Shown: positions 16,761-26,293, numbered from the stretch's first letter. The stretch is 64,000 bases of DNA from an uncultured Prolixibacteraceae bacterium (GCA_964616825.1 CAZTSX010000006.1:1635-65634); one strand, 5' to 3'. Notes: a model not told the origin generated them from the sequence alone. Translations and numbers: made by a program.

Positions 16761-17588
16761 ATGAACAAGAGATTGAAATCTTTCCTTTTATGGGCATTGG
16801 CATTCCTCCTGACCCTCGCAGCTGCCTTTTATCAGCGTACAACCGGACCATCCTATGAGATCCGTGGGAAAGTGGTGATCGAGGGGCAGACCTACAAATA
16901 TAAACTGATCAGGACCTATGATGGAAGCGACAACGCTCCCATTGAGATAACAATTCCTGATGAGACTGTCACAGGGGAGTTGAAGCTTCGGAGATATAAG
17001 AGTTTTGATGAGTGGAGCACTACTTCCATGGAACGCCAGGGAGATAAGCTGATCGGCTCCATCCCACACCAGGAAATGGCCGGAAAGGTGATGTATCAAG
17101 TAACCTTGCTGAAAAACGGGAACTCGTTTCTGCTGAATGAGGAGCCTGCTATCATCCGGTTTAAGGGGTTTGTTCCGAGAGGAACACTCTGGTTCCATAT
17201 CATCACCATCTTTCTTGCTATGCTGTTTAGCACACGTACCGCCTTAGAAGTGCTTCTCAAAGGCCGTTACACTTATCTTTATACCTGGCTTACGGTGATT
17301 TTCCTGACGATTGGTGGAATGATATTAGGCCCAGTTGTTCAGAAATTTGCATTTGATGCCTACTGGACAGGCTGGCCTTTCGGAAACGATCTCACTGATA
17401 ATAAATCGCTTCTGGCATTTATCTTCTGGCTCGTCGCATTGGGTTATCAGATTTGGAACAAAGAGAAGAAAGTGATGGCTGTTGTGGCTGCTGTAGTATT
17501 GTTAGCTGTTTACATGATTCCACATAGTGTACTGGGCTCTGAGATCGATTATACGAAAGAGGAGCAACAAACTGAGATTCAGGAATAA
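16761..17588 (+). CDS. integral membrane protein, unknown function
   Basis: 275 aa. N-terminal anchor, ~130-aa soluble segment, then 4-5 predicted helices. Own TATTTTTG box upstream. Confidence 0.6.
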   Translation: MNKRLKSFLLWALAFLLTLAAAFYQRTTGPSYEIRGKVVIEGQTYKYKLIRTYDGSDNAPIEITIPDETVTGELKLRRYKSFDEWSTTSMERQGDKLIGSIPHQEMAGKVMYQVTLLKNGNSFLLNEEPAIIRFKGFVPRGTLWFHIITIFLAMLFSTRTALEVLLKGRYTYLYTWLTVIFLTIGGMILGPVVQKFAFDAYWTGWPFGNDLTDNKSLLAFIFWLVALGYQIWNKEKKVMAVVAAVVLLAVYMIPHSVLGSEIDYTKEEQQTEIQE

Positions 17589-17612
17589 TCTGCAGAAACA
17601 GAAAAATCTGTT

Positions 17613-18236
17613 ATGGAAATTACAATCAGTATCATCGCCGTTACAGTCATTTTCTCTTTCCTGGGATTCAATAACCAGAACCTGTTCAATAAATGCAAGT
17701 TCAGTCCCTATGACGTAAAACATAGCGGGCAGTGGTACAGATTCTTCACATATGGCTTCTTACATGTAGGTTGGTTCCACCTGATCATTAATATGTTTGT
17801 ACTTTTCTCTTTCGGACGGATGGTGGAGAAAGCTTACAGTTACTACTTTGGAAGTAAATACATCCTCTATTTCCTCCTGCTTTATATAGGATCTCTTCTC
17901 CTCTCTGTAATTCCTACATTAGGGAAACACAAGAACGACGTTTTTTACAGCTCGGTAGGGGCTTCAGGGGCAGTATCAGCGATCGTTTTTGCCAGCATTA
18001 TAATAGCCCCGCTGCAGAAGATATACATCTTCTTCATCCCGATCGGAATTCCGGCGGTGATCTTTGGGTTGATCTATATCGCTTATGAATACTGGATGAG
18101 CCGCCGGGCCAAAGACAACATTGGCCATGATGCACATCTATGGGGGGCAATCATTGGAATAATCTTTACCATCGCCATGAAACCAAAGATCTTCCTCTTC
18201 TTTCTGCAGCAATTAGGATTTCAGGTCAACATATAA
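17613..18236 (+). CDS. rhomboid family intramembrane serine protease
   Basis: GASGAVSAIVFA (GxSG) and a downstream His-containing helix (HDAHLWGAIIG). 207 aa, multi-pass. Confidence 0.8.
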   Translation: MEITISIIAVTVIFSFLGFNNQNLFNKCKFSPYDVKHSGQWYRFFTYGFLHVGWFHLIINMFVLFSFGRMVEKAYSYYFGSKYILYFLLLYIGSLLLSVIPTLGKHKNDVFYSSVGASGAVSAIVFASIIIAPLQKIYIFFIPIGIPAVIFGLIYIAYEYWMSRRAKDNIGHDAHLWGAIIGIIFTIAMKPKIFLFFLQQLGFQVNI

Positions 18237-18269
18237 ATGTTGCCGGTTGCGGTAACTAATTCTTTATCC

Positions 18270-20345
18270 TCATCCCTCTTCCCTCTTCCCTCTTCGCACC
18301 CTAATCCTGGCATCAACTACAATGATGGAATCTTCATTCCCAAGCAATGGATTGAAATCCAATTCTTCAATCTCCGGAGCCACGTTCAGAAGAGCTGAGA
18401 GCTTTAGCATGATCTCTGCAAACTGATTCTCGTCGACCCCTTTCTGGCCCCGTACTCCCTGGATGATCTTGTAGCTCTTTAACCGATGGATCATAGATAA
18501 TGCTTCGTCCATACTGAGTGGCGCCAGGCCGGCAACTGTATCTTTCAGGACTTCGATGAAGACTCCCCCCATCCCGCAGAGGATCAGGTGACCATAAGAG
18601 GGTTCGTATTTTGCCCCAATGAAAAGTTCGGTGCCCGAAAGCATGGGCTGAAGCAAGATCCCGGTGGTGCCTTTGATCTTTACCATCCGGTCAAACTCGA
18701 TGAGTAGCTCTTCTTCATCCTGCACGTTCAGCACTACGCCGCTTACATCCGATTTGTGTAACGGGCCAACTACTTTCATCACCACCGGAAATCCCAGTTC
18801 GAAAGCAGCCATTTTTGCCTCTTCAGCGGTGGTTGCTACTGCTTCACCTGCCCGGGGGATCTGGCAGGCATCCAGCAACCCCTGAATCTCACCCGGAGAG
18901 ATATAACCTTCGATCGATTGGTCAATAATTTTCCGGATCGCCTGTTCATCCACCGGAGGTTGATCCGGGTTCTCGGAAGCAGGAGGAGGTGTATAATAAA
19001 CTTGTGCAAGTGCATTTGCGAAAAGGACCTCTTGCGGGAAATAGGGGTGTCCCCAGCTGATGAAGTCTTTGATCTCCTCCCCTGCTGTCATAATAGATGG
19101 TAAAATGGGAAAAATAGGTTTACTGCACGTCTCCATCTTGTCATGTATCACGCCATATTCGTTGAAAACCCTGTCCAGTCCGGGTGTCCCGAAAATGACC
19201 ACGATTCCGTCGATCTCATCAAACTCTTTATCCACGTAGTCAATGATTGTCCCCAGTTGCTCTGCATTACCGGTAGCCAGAAAGTCGATCGGGTTTGCGA
19301 CCGAAGATCCCGGGTAAAGGTGATTTTGCAATTCATCTGCAGCCGGACCTTCAAGATGAGGAACTCCCATCTTTCCAGCCGAAAGGGCATCCGTAAGCAT
19401 CACTGCCGGGCCTCCTGCATGCGTGATAATCGCGATATTTTTTCCCTTCAACTCTGGAAAACGAAAAATAGATGCGACATTGATCAGTTCATCCCTGCCA
19501 TGACAACGAACGATACCGGCTTTACGAAAAAGCGCTTCCACCGCCGCATCCGGGCTAGCCAGAGCACCGGTATGTGAAGAGGCAGCACGAGTGCCTGCTT
19601 CAGACGTTCCTGCTTTGATAGCAGAAATCCGGCATCCTTTCCGGATCAGAGAAGAGGCATGTTTCAGCAACACCTGTGGTTTGGAGATGGTCTCCATGTA
19701 CAGCAACTTGTCACGCGAACTATAGGCAGGATCAAACGTCTCATCCATGTATTGAAGGATATCTTCCGCCCCTACCTGGGCGCTGTTCCCCACGGAGAAG
19801 ACACGCGAGAACGTCAGGCCGATAGGGATTCCGGCCTCCATGATAAAGCAGGCTGTAGCCCCTGAACCCGAAATAAAATCGAATCCGCTGGGGTGTAACA
19901 TGGGGATTGGTCTTGTAAAGACTCCTGCATAAAAAGGGGTAAGAACACCAATACAATTCGGACCAATCAGTGAACCGTTGACGCTTGTGACGATCTCTAC
20001 CAACCTATCTTCCAGTATCTTTCCTTCCGGACTCTCCTCGCTAAAACCTGCAGAGATGACGATGAATGCACGGGTATTCTTTTTCGTTGCAAGAAGTTCC
20101 ACGATGTCTACAACAAATCTGGCCGCAACGACAATGATGGCTAGATCAACATCCGGTAATAACGCCGGATCCTGGTAACTTGAAATTCCCTGTACCTTGC
20201 TCTCTTTGGGATTCACTACATAAAGCTTCCCGCGGTATCCTTTCTCAATAAGGTGCTGGAGGACAGCTCCTCCGGGCTTGTGCCTGTCGTTCGATCCTCC
20301 GACGACAACAATGCTTCGGGGCTCGAATAATTTATCGTTGATCAT
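18270..20345 (-). CDS. ADP-forming acetyl/acyl-CoA synthetase (fused alpha/beta, CoA-binding + ATP-grasp)
   Basis: N-terminal CoA-binding fold (SIVVVGGS), succinyl-CoA-synthetase-like flavodoxin domains, C-terminal ATP-grasp. 691 aa. The last 8 codons are encoded by a CCCTCTT x3 repeat. Confidence 0.85.
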   Translation of the reverse strand: MINDKLFEPRSIVVVGGSNDRHKPGGAVLQHLIEKGYRGKLYVVNPKESKVQGISSYQDPALLPDVDLAIIVVAARFVVDIVELLATKKNTRAFIVISAGFSEESPEGKILEDRLVEIVTSVNGSLIGPNCIGVLTPFYAGVFTRPIPMLHPSGFDFISGSGATACFIMEAGIPIGLTFSRVFSVGNSAQVGAEDILQYMDETFDPAYSSRDKLLYMETISKPQVLLKHASSLIRKGCRISAIKAGTSEAGTRAASSHTGALASPDAAVEALFRKAGIVRCHGRDELINVASIFRFPELKGKNIAIITHAGGPAVMLTDALSAGKMGVPHLEGPAADELQNHLYPGSSVANPIDFLATGNAEQLGTIIDYVDKEFDEIDGIVVIFGTPGLDRVFNEYGVIHDKMETCSKPIFPILPSIMTAGEEIKDFISWGHPYFPQEVLFANALAQVYYTPPPASENPDQPPVDEQAIRKIIDQSIEGYISPGEIQGLLDACQIPRAGEAVATTAEEAKMAAFELGFPVVMKVVGPLHKSDVSGVVLNVQDEEELLIEFDRMVKIKGTTGILLQPMLSGTELFIGAKYEPSYGHLILCGMGGVFIEVLKDTVAGLAPLSMDEALSMIHRLKSYKIIQGVRGQKGVDENQFAEIMLKLSALLNVAPEIEELDFNPLLGNEDSIIVVDARIRVRRGKREEG
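18274..18294. repeat. heptamer CCCTCTT x3 inside the last codons of the acyl-CoA synthetase ORF
   Basis: Read directly. The minus strand encodes ...RRGKREEG followed by the stop. Confidence 0.9.
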
Positions 20346-20393
20346 AGAGAAAAAATTTTGGAGCTAATTTAGTAAAAAGAAAGCGTACTGATC

Positions 20394-21284
20394 CTACACA
20401 ATCCCTTCTGCACAACTTTCTCTCTCCAATTCGACCTCAAGTGTGGAGTGCTGGATCTTCAGATTGTACAACACTTGATGAATTTTGGCTTTCAACGGTT
20501 CAAAAGAGGATAAGTTAAAATCATCAGCTACGATGATATGAGCTGTCAGAGCATTTTCGGTAGTGCTCATCGCCCAAATATGTATATGATGCACATTCTT
20601 CACCTCCTGAAATTGAAGGATCTCTTCCTTAACCCTATTTGGGTCTATACCTCTGGGTACGCCATCCAGAGCCAGAACCGTACTGTCACGCAATAATCCC
20701 CAGGTTGAAACAAGGATGACGACAACAATAGCTAAACTTACCGCTGTATCCAGCCAGTACCAATCAGTAAATCCGATCACAATACCTGTAGCTACAACCC
20801 CCACGGAAACCAGCGCATCAGCTGCCAGATGCAGGAAAGCGCCCTTGATGTTGAGATCCTGTTTCCTGTTCTTGAAAAAGAGAAGTGCCGTGATAGTATT
20901 GATCAGGATGCCAACGCCGGCGACAACTGCCATGGAATCACCCTCAACCGCTTCGGTTGACTTCAGCCTTAACACACTCTCCCAGGCGATAAATCCTACC
21001 ACAATCAATAGGATGATTGCGTTCAGCAGAGATATGAGAATTGTGGATTTGCGTAATCCGTAGGTGAATGTCTGATTGGGTTTGACTTTCGCTAACCGGA
21101 AAGCCAGCATCGCGAGCGCCAGGCTGGCTACATCACTGAGATTGTGCCCGGCATCCGAGATCAAAGCCAGTGAGTTCAGGTACATCCCGGCTCCAAACTC
21201 AACAACAACAAATACCAGGTTTAAGGCAATCCCGATGATGAAAGCCCGGTTTACACCGCTGAGTTCGTTTGATTCGATAGACAA
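20394..21284 (-). CDS. cation diffusion facilitator family transporter (CzcD-like)
   Basis: Six TM helices with SDAGHNLSD and HLAADALVS metal-site motifs plus a C-terminal cytoplasmic domain. Confidence 0.9.
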   Translation of the reverse strand: MSIESNELSGVNRAFIIGIALNLVFVVVEFGAGMYLNSLALISDAGHNLSDVASLALAMLAFRLAKVKPNQTFTYGLRKSTILISLLNAIILLIVVGFIAWESVLRLKSTEAVEGDSMAVVAGVGILINTITALLFFKNRKQDLNIKGAFLHLAADALVSVGVVATGIVIGFTDWYWLDTAVSLAIVVVILVSTWGLLRDSTVLALDGVPRGIDPNRVKEEILQFQEVKNVHHIHIWAMSTTENALTAHIIVADDFNLSSFEPLKAKIHQVLYNLKIQHSTLEVELERESCAEGIV

Positions 21285-21300
21285 AGATATGGAAATCTAT

Positions 21301-22365
21301 CTACCGGATAATGAACCTTCCTGTTAGAATGCGCCCTGTTTTAATATCAGTTAACCTGTAAACAAAAAGACCGGAATGCATATTCCTCAAATCAATCCGA
21401 TGTTCACACGGTCCGGCGTTTGAAATTATTGCATGTATGTTGCCCAGGATATCCAGCACCTCGATGGTTCCTTGAAAATCACGATCAGGTCTGATGACAA
21501 TATAGGACGTTGCTGGATTTGGGTATGCAATGGCAGAATATGATACTTGTTGATCTTCAATTCCGAATGTTGGCGATTGCTTAAGATATTTCACCTGAAT
21601 AACTGGTCCTTTATCTTTGGATTTTGCTGTCATCTCAGCCAGATAAAAACCTGCCGCCTCGTCATCGGTCCACCACGAATAAACATCTGTCACCTCAGTG
21701 TTTGACTGCGACAATATCCACTGGCCAAATAACAGCGTAAAGATGCTGTCTATTGTAGTCCGTACCTCATAAACACGAAGGACATCAAACGTACCCATGG
21801 GGATAGTAAGGATTCCCCAGCTGTCTATTGCCACCTGACTTGCAATCGTAATTTTCACCTTAATGGAATCTGCAGGAGGTACCGGACTGGACATCTTTAT
21901 CTCATATACAGTGGTATCAATCCGTGTATCCAGGTATTCAACCGGGAAATCTGCAATGACTTGAGGAGGATCAACCCATACCATTATCGTGGTATCGGAC
22001 ATCCCTTGGAAGGTTCCAACCATCCCAACCATAGTAAATGCATCTGCATCACGGTGCATCATCAGATACATATCATCTTGCATCATCTGCATCGTGAAAT
22101 TGGCATTTGGGAAAAATCCTGCATAAGGCGTCCAATCAGGATTCATGAATCTCATTGTATCCAGCGTATCCTCCAGGAGACCAGAAAAATCCCAGGTTTG
22201 GTTGGGTCCTCCAGGACCCGGAACAATGGACATTTCAGGGCTCTCATCAAGTGACTGAAGGATGGTCGCACCAGGCCCGGCAATATCATTATTGGTAATT
22301 ACAACCTGAGCCTGAAGAATGACCAGACAAAAAAACATATATAAAAAAAGGATGATCTTTTTCAT
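21301..22365 (-). CDS. T9SS type A sorting domain-containing secreted protein, function unknown
   Basis: Signal peptide. C-terminal ~80 aa (YPNPATSYIVI ... GLFVYRLTD ... GRFIIR) matches the Por/T9SS C-terminal domain pattern. Confidence 0.75.
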   Translation of the reverse strand: MKKIILFLYMFFCLVILQAQVVITNNDIAGPGATILQSLDESPEMSIVPGPGGPNQTWDFSGLLEDTLDTMRFMNPDWTPYAGFFPNANFTMQMMQDDMYLMMHRDADAFTMVGMVGTFQGMSDTTIMVWVDPPQVIADFPVEYLDTRIDTTVYEIKMSSPVPPADSIKVKITIASQVAIDSWGILTIPMGTFDVLRVYEVRTTIDSIFTLLFGQWILSQSNTEVTDVYSWWTDDEAAGFYLAEMTAKSKDKGPVIQVKYLKQSPTFGIEDQQVSYSAIAYPNPATSYIVIRPDRDFQGTIEVLDILGNIHAIISNAGPCEHRIDLRNMHSGLFVYRLTDIKTGRILTGRFIIR

Positions 22366-22393
22366 GACTTTGTAATTAACGGTTTTTGCAGGA

Positions 22394-22401
22394 CAAAGAT
22401 A
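22394..22401 (-). promoter_or_regulatory. -7 box TATCTTTG upstream of T9SS-cargo gene
   Basis: TAnnTTTG match 28 nt upstream of ATG 22365. Confidence 0.45.
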
Positions 22402-22473
22402 CCATCCTATAAGACCTATTTCAATACAATATATGTAAAAGAGTTAACAACGCGTTGTTAATAATGAAATAAC

Positions 22474-23232
22474 TTACATCCATTTAACAAACGGGAAAAA
22501 CGGGGCTGTTTTTTGTGTGTAAGCCAGCCAGTTGGGAAACTGACTCAACCTCTTTTCAAGGAGAGGTACACCGGAAACAAAACGAAGCAGGATCGTGATG
22601 GTAACAGGACCGATAACTGTTATCCAACCATATGGAATACCAATTGCATAAAACCAGATCCCCCACCAGATCAGAACCTCTCCGAAATAGTTTGGATGAC
22701 GAGTATATTTCCATAAACCCTTTGTCATTAGTTTTCCTCTATTGGAAGAGCTTTGTTTAAAATATGAAAGCTGCATATCCCCGAGGATTTCAAAAATGAA
22801 ACCAATACCAAAGATCAATAAGCCAACAGTATCGTATGTTGAGAGAGGTTCTCCACCATGATAGTTAATATACCAGATCGGAAAAGAGATGATGTACATG
22901 AATAGCCCCTGGAGAATAAAGATCTGCAGAAAACTTCGAAACATAAAGTTCTTCCAGGTTTTGCGGAATTTATTATAACGAAAGTCTTCTCCTTTCCCTT
23001 TGTTTCTCTGAAATAGAAATATGGTTAATCGCAAACCCCAGATCATCACAAGGAAGGCAACAATGATCTTCCGCAAATCATAATCAGGTGCCATGGCCAA
23101 TGAAAAAACTGTTACGATAATAAACCCCGGCCCCCAGAAAACATCAACAATGGAGTTGTCTTTGATCAGCTGAGCTACAATAAAAGCCAGGATCATGAAT
23201 CCAAAAACAACAAGCGCTACCTGCCAGTACAT
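22474..23232 (-). CDS. DUF1295 / steroid 5-alpha-reductase-like membrane protein
   Basis: [16 protein letters not shown] motif. Multi-pass, 252 aa. Confidence 0.8.
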   Translation of the reverse strand: MYWQVALVVFGFMILAFIVAQLIKDNSIVDVFWGPGFIIVTVFSLAMAPDYDLRKIIVAFLVMIWGLRLTIFLFQRNKGKGEDFRYNKFRKTWKNFMFRSFLQIFILQGLFMYIISFPIWYINYHGGEPLSTYDTVGLLIFGIGFIFEILGDMQLSYFKQSSSNRGKLMTKGLWKYTRHPNYFGEVLIWWGIWFYAIGIPYGWITVIGPVTITILLRFVSGVPLLEKRLSQFPNWLAYTQKTAPFFPFVKWM

Positions 23233-23251
23233 ATCCAGTTATTCAGTATTA

Positions 23252-23292
23252 TTGTCATTGTGAGAAACATTGTGACGAAGCACCAGTTATCC
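23252..23292. repeat. dispersed element TTGTCATTGYGAG...GAAGCA.CACCAGTT (copy 1)
   Basis: TTGTCATTGTGAGAAACATTGTGACGAAGCACCAGTTATCC. Related copy at 58859-58896. Flanked by CCAGTTAT words at 23236-43 and 23283-90. Confidence 0.7.
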
Positions 23293-23296
23293 AGAA

Positions 23297-25102
23297 TTAC
23301 TTTAGCATTAATGAAATGCCCACAACACCAGGACCAGTGTTGGCAACAAGTACCGGAGAAACATGGTCCGTAAACAGTGGCTTTTTGCCTGTCATCTTTT
23401 CCATCTCGTCTGCATAAAACTCCGTTACTTCCTGATTATCAGCATGTGTTATGGCATACTCCCATACCTCATCGTGGCGAAGCATTTTCCTGATATTTGC
23501 CAGAAGTTTGCCCTGGGCTCCCGATGAAGTTAAAGATTTGCCCACCAACTCCGATTTTCCCTCGTCATCAATGATGATAAAAGGCTTCAGGTCAAGAGCG
23601 CGGGCGATAAAGCTTTTAAAGGGGCTTATGCGTCCTGATTTAATAATATAACTCAACGTTGGGATCGTAACACGGAGGTATGATTTTTCGATCCATGTAT
23701 CAATTTTTGGAAGAATCTCGTCCAGCGTCATTCCCTCCTCAATCGCACGTGCAATCCGAAAAACAACGAGGCCCAGTGCTGCTGACAGATTCCGGGAATT
23801 GTAGATATAACTTTGTTTTCCGGTGCGTTCACTGATACCATGTGCGGAGTGAACACTGTTCTGATAGGTCCCGCTTAATTTCTCACTGAGGAAAACTCCA
23901 ATCATCGACTTGTAATGGGAACTGAGGTATTCATATTTATTCTGAAACTCCTTGACCGTCGGCTGGGAAGTGGTCGGACGAACCTCTGTCTGTTCAACCA
24001 TCTGGTAAAATTGTTGCGGATTCATCGTAACCCGGTCAAGATAGAAACTATCCCCAAAATGAACACTCAACGGTAGCATATGGATCTGATGCTTCTCCAG
24101 GATCTCTTCAGGCAGATCACATGTGGAGTCGGTTACAATTGCAATGTCAGATTGACGGTGATGCATGATCTCGCTTTGCATAACCATATCATCCACTTTC
24201 TGATAGGTAATGTTTCCAAACCGACTCAACCCGGACAACACCTCTGCTGGATAATCCGTATGTATATGGAGCCTCATCTTCTGTGGTGTACCAGCTATAA
24301 CCAAGGAATCTCCCTTGGTTTGAAAAGCATCCTGAATCTTTTTCTTCTCCAGGTTCGTTCCGGAAATCAACGCTTCTGTACAAAAACGAAATGTGATCTC
24401 CTTATGAAGTTCAGCCATCTCAACGATCACTCCTTCCTCTTCCACCTCTTCGATCAATTGCGTGATGGCTTTCTCTCCATGGATAAAAAAATCTTTGATC
24501 CCCTCAAGGAAATAAACAAATCCTTTGGCGCCAGCATCTACAACATGAGCCCGGGCAAGCACCTCTAACTTTTCTGTTGTTTCTGTCAACGATTCCAACG
24601 CCTTTTGATATCCTTCGATCAACAAATTGATGAAATCATCCGACATATCCTTCATCGTGTAGAGTTCGTCTGCCCAATCTTTGATCACTGTCAGGATGGT
24701 ACCCTCAACCGGATTGGCAATTGCATCATATGCATAGGAAACAGCGTTCTTCATGCTTTCTGCAAAATCCCTAACATCCAGTTTAGCATCAGTTTTGATC
24801 TCGTTGCTGAAACCATACAGAAACTGAGCAAAGATGATTCCGGAATTGCCTCGTGCACCGGTCAAAGCTGCATCGGCAATAGCTGTTGCAGTTTGCTTAA
24901 GGTTTTCGAGAGGGATTTTTGCATCTATGATGGAACGCATCGTAGAAGCCAGATTGGTGCCGGTATCTGCATCCGGAACAGGAAATACGTTGATTTTGTT
25001 CAACAGCTTTTGGTGCTCAAAAATTCGATGTGCTCCGGCTATCATGCTATAATAAAGCTGACTTCCATCCAGTTCCAGAATTTTTACTGTTTCTGTTTTC
25101 AT
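23297..25102 (-). CDS. DAK2 (FakA-like N-terminal + middle domains) fused to DegV (FakB-like) fatty-acid-binding domain
   Basis: N-terminus VFPVPDADTGTNL (DAK2/DhaL). Middle FRFCTEALISG ... DSLVIAGTPQKMRLHIHTDYP (FakA-like). C-terminal half IAIVTDSTCDLP ... LSGTYQ (DegV). 601 aa. Confidence 0.85.
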   Translation of the reverse strand: MKTETVKILELDGSQLYYSMIAGAHRIFEHQKLLNKINVFPVPDADTGTNLASTMRSIIDAKIPLENLKQTATAIADAALTGARGNSGIIFAQFLYGFSNEIKTDAKLDVRDFAESMKNAVSYAYDAIANPVEGTILTVIKDWADELYTMKDMSDDFINLLIEGYQKALESLTETTEKLEVLARAHVVDAGAKGFVYFLEGIKDFFIHGEKAITQLIEEVEEEGVIVEMAELHKEITFRFCTEALISGTNLEKKKIQDAFQTKGDSLVIAGTPQKMRLHIHTDYPAEVLSGLSRFGNITYQKVDDMVMQSEIMHHRQSDIAIVTDSTCDLPEEILEKHQIHMLPLSVHFGDSFYLDRVTMNPQQFYQMVEQTEVRPTTSQPTVKEFQNKYEYLSSHYKSMIGVFLSEKLSGTYQNSVHSAHGISERTGKQSYIYNSRNLSAALGLVVFRIARAIEEGMTLDEILPKIDTWIEKSYLRVTIPTLSYIIKSGRISPFKSFIARALDLKPFIIIDDEGKSELVGKSLTSSGAQGKLLANIRKMLRHDEVWEYAITHADNQEVTEFYADEMEKMTGKKPLFTDHVSPVLVANTGPGVVGISLMLK

Positions 25103-25620
25103 TTAAGCTTTTTACAATTAGAAAAAATATCGGTCTCGATAAGCTGATTCAATTCAGCAACCATCTCCGTGTATTGATGCCGCGTTCTGCACTGATACAT
25201 CACCAGCAACGGATCAGCATCTAAAATCTGATGAAATAGCTCATCAGAACAAGGTGTCTCTGTGCCTTTGATGAATTCATCATAGGTGATAGCAAGAAAA
25301 GCCACATTCGGGCCGATCCCCCGGTTATCCAACAAAAATCCATTGGAAAGGGCTGTTGGATAAACCTTCTCACCCTGTTTCCTGATATCTGAAATATCAG
25401 GATAAGAGGTTATATTCGTCTTATACTCCGAGAGGGTGACAGGTACTTGCTTCGAATAATCTGCTTTTGTCTTATATATAATACAAGGAGGTTGCGCCAT
25501 CATTGATTCAATGGCCAGGTCATCAAAATCAGATGAAGTGGATAGTATCCTGTTTGAGCATGAGATCAGGGAGACTCCAATAAAGAATAGGATCAAAGAA
25601 AATAGGGCTGGCTTTATCAT
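25099..25620 (-). CDS. lipoprotein, unknown function
   Basis: Lipobox LISC at residue 21. ATGA overlap with the downstream DAK2-DegV gene. TATCTTTG box 50 nt upstream. Confidence 0.6.
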   Translation of the reverse strand: MIKPALFSLILFFIGVSLISCSNRILSTSSDFDDLAIESMMAQPPCIIYKTKADYSKQVPVTLSEYKTNITSYPDISDIRKQGEKVYPTALSNGFLLDNRGIGPNVAFLAITYDEFIKGTETPCSDELFHQILDADPLLVMYQCRTRHQYTEMVAELNQLIETDIFSNCKKLK

Positions 25621-25670
25621 AAGACTCTGGTTTTCCTATATCACTGATGATAGGAAAATGCACGCGGGCG

Positions 25671-25678
25671 CAAAGATA
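25671..25678 (-). promoter_or_regulatory. -7 box TATCTTTG upstream of lipoprotein / DAK2-DegV operon
   Basis: TAnnTTTG match 50 nt upstream of ATG 25620. Confidence 0.45.
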
Positions 25679-25763
25679 CAAAATATAAAAAAAGGAGGGC
25701 TGTGCTATTCCTTTCTAAACTGTTAAAATATTGTAAATAATTGGATGTACTTGAGGATATTTG

Positions 25764-25771
25764 TAATTTTG
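25764..25771 (+). promoter_or_regulatory. -7 box TAATTTTG upstream of DUF1573 gene
   Basis: TAnnTTTG match 20 nt upstream of ATG 25792. Confidence 0.45.
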
Positions 25772-25791
25772 CCTGAATAAAGTAAGACCAT

Positions 25792-26262
25792 ATGCGTACC
25801 TTCATTCTAATCCCTATTTTCCTGTTTTCTGCAGTGATTTTCTCACATGCACAGCAACCTAAACAACAAACACCAAAAAAATCCAACCCAAATGCTCCGG
25901 AGATTACCTTTGAAAATACAGTGCACGACTATGGAACCATCGTAAGAGGCGCTAATGGCACTTGCGAATTCAAGTTTGTCAACACCGGGAAAGAACCTCT
26001 GATCCTGTCGAAACCACTCTCATCATGCGGTTGTACAGTTCCCACCTGGCCACAGGAACTAATCCTTCCCGGGAAAAGTGATGTGATCAAAGTGACATAC
26101 AACACAAGCAAAATAGGTCCGATCAACAAAACCGTGACTGTCAATTCTAATGCCCTGACCAACAGAATCAAACTATCAATTAAAGGTCTCGTTATTGCAA
26201 AACCCGTTGAGACTGTTCCGAAGAAACAGAATGATCTGGGCGCTACACCGGTCAATAAATAA
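25792..26262 (+). CDS. DUF1573 domain-containing protein
   Basis: Signal peptide and the family-typical SSCGCT motif inside an Ig-like region. 156 aa. Confidence 0.8.
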   Translation: MRTFILIPIFLFSAVIFSHAQQPKQQTPKKSNPNAPEITFENTVHDYGTIVRGANGTCEFKFVNTGKEPLILSKPLSSCGCTVPTWPQELILPGKSDVIKVTYNTSKIGPINKTVTVNSNALTNRIKLSIKGLVIAKPVETVPKKQNDLGATPVNK

Positions 26263-26293
26263 CTGACCACATCAACGTTAAAAAAAGATTTTC

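Noticed and set aside
24605-25147. 180-aa plus-strand ORF (and 24080-24568, 162 aa)
   Set aside because: Both are antisense shadows of the DAK2-DegV gene. No signal, domain or promoter supports them.
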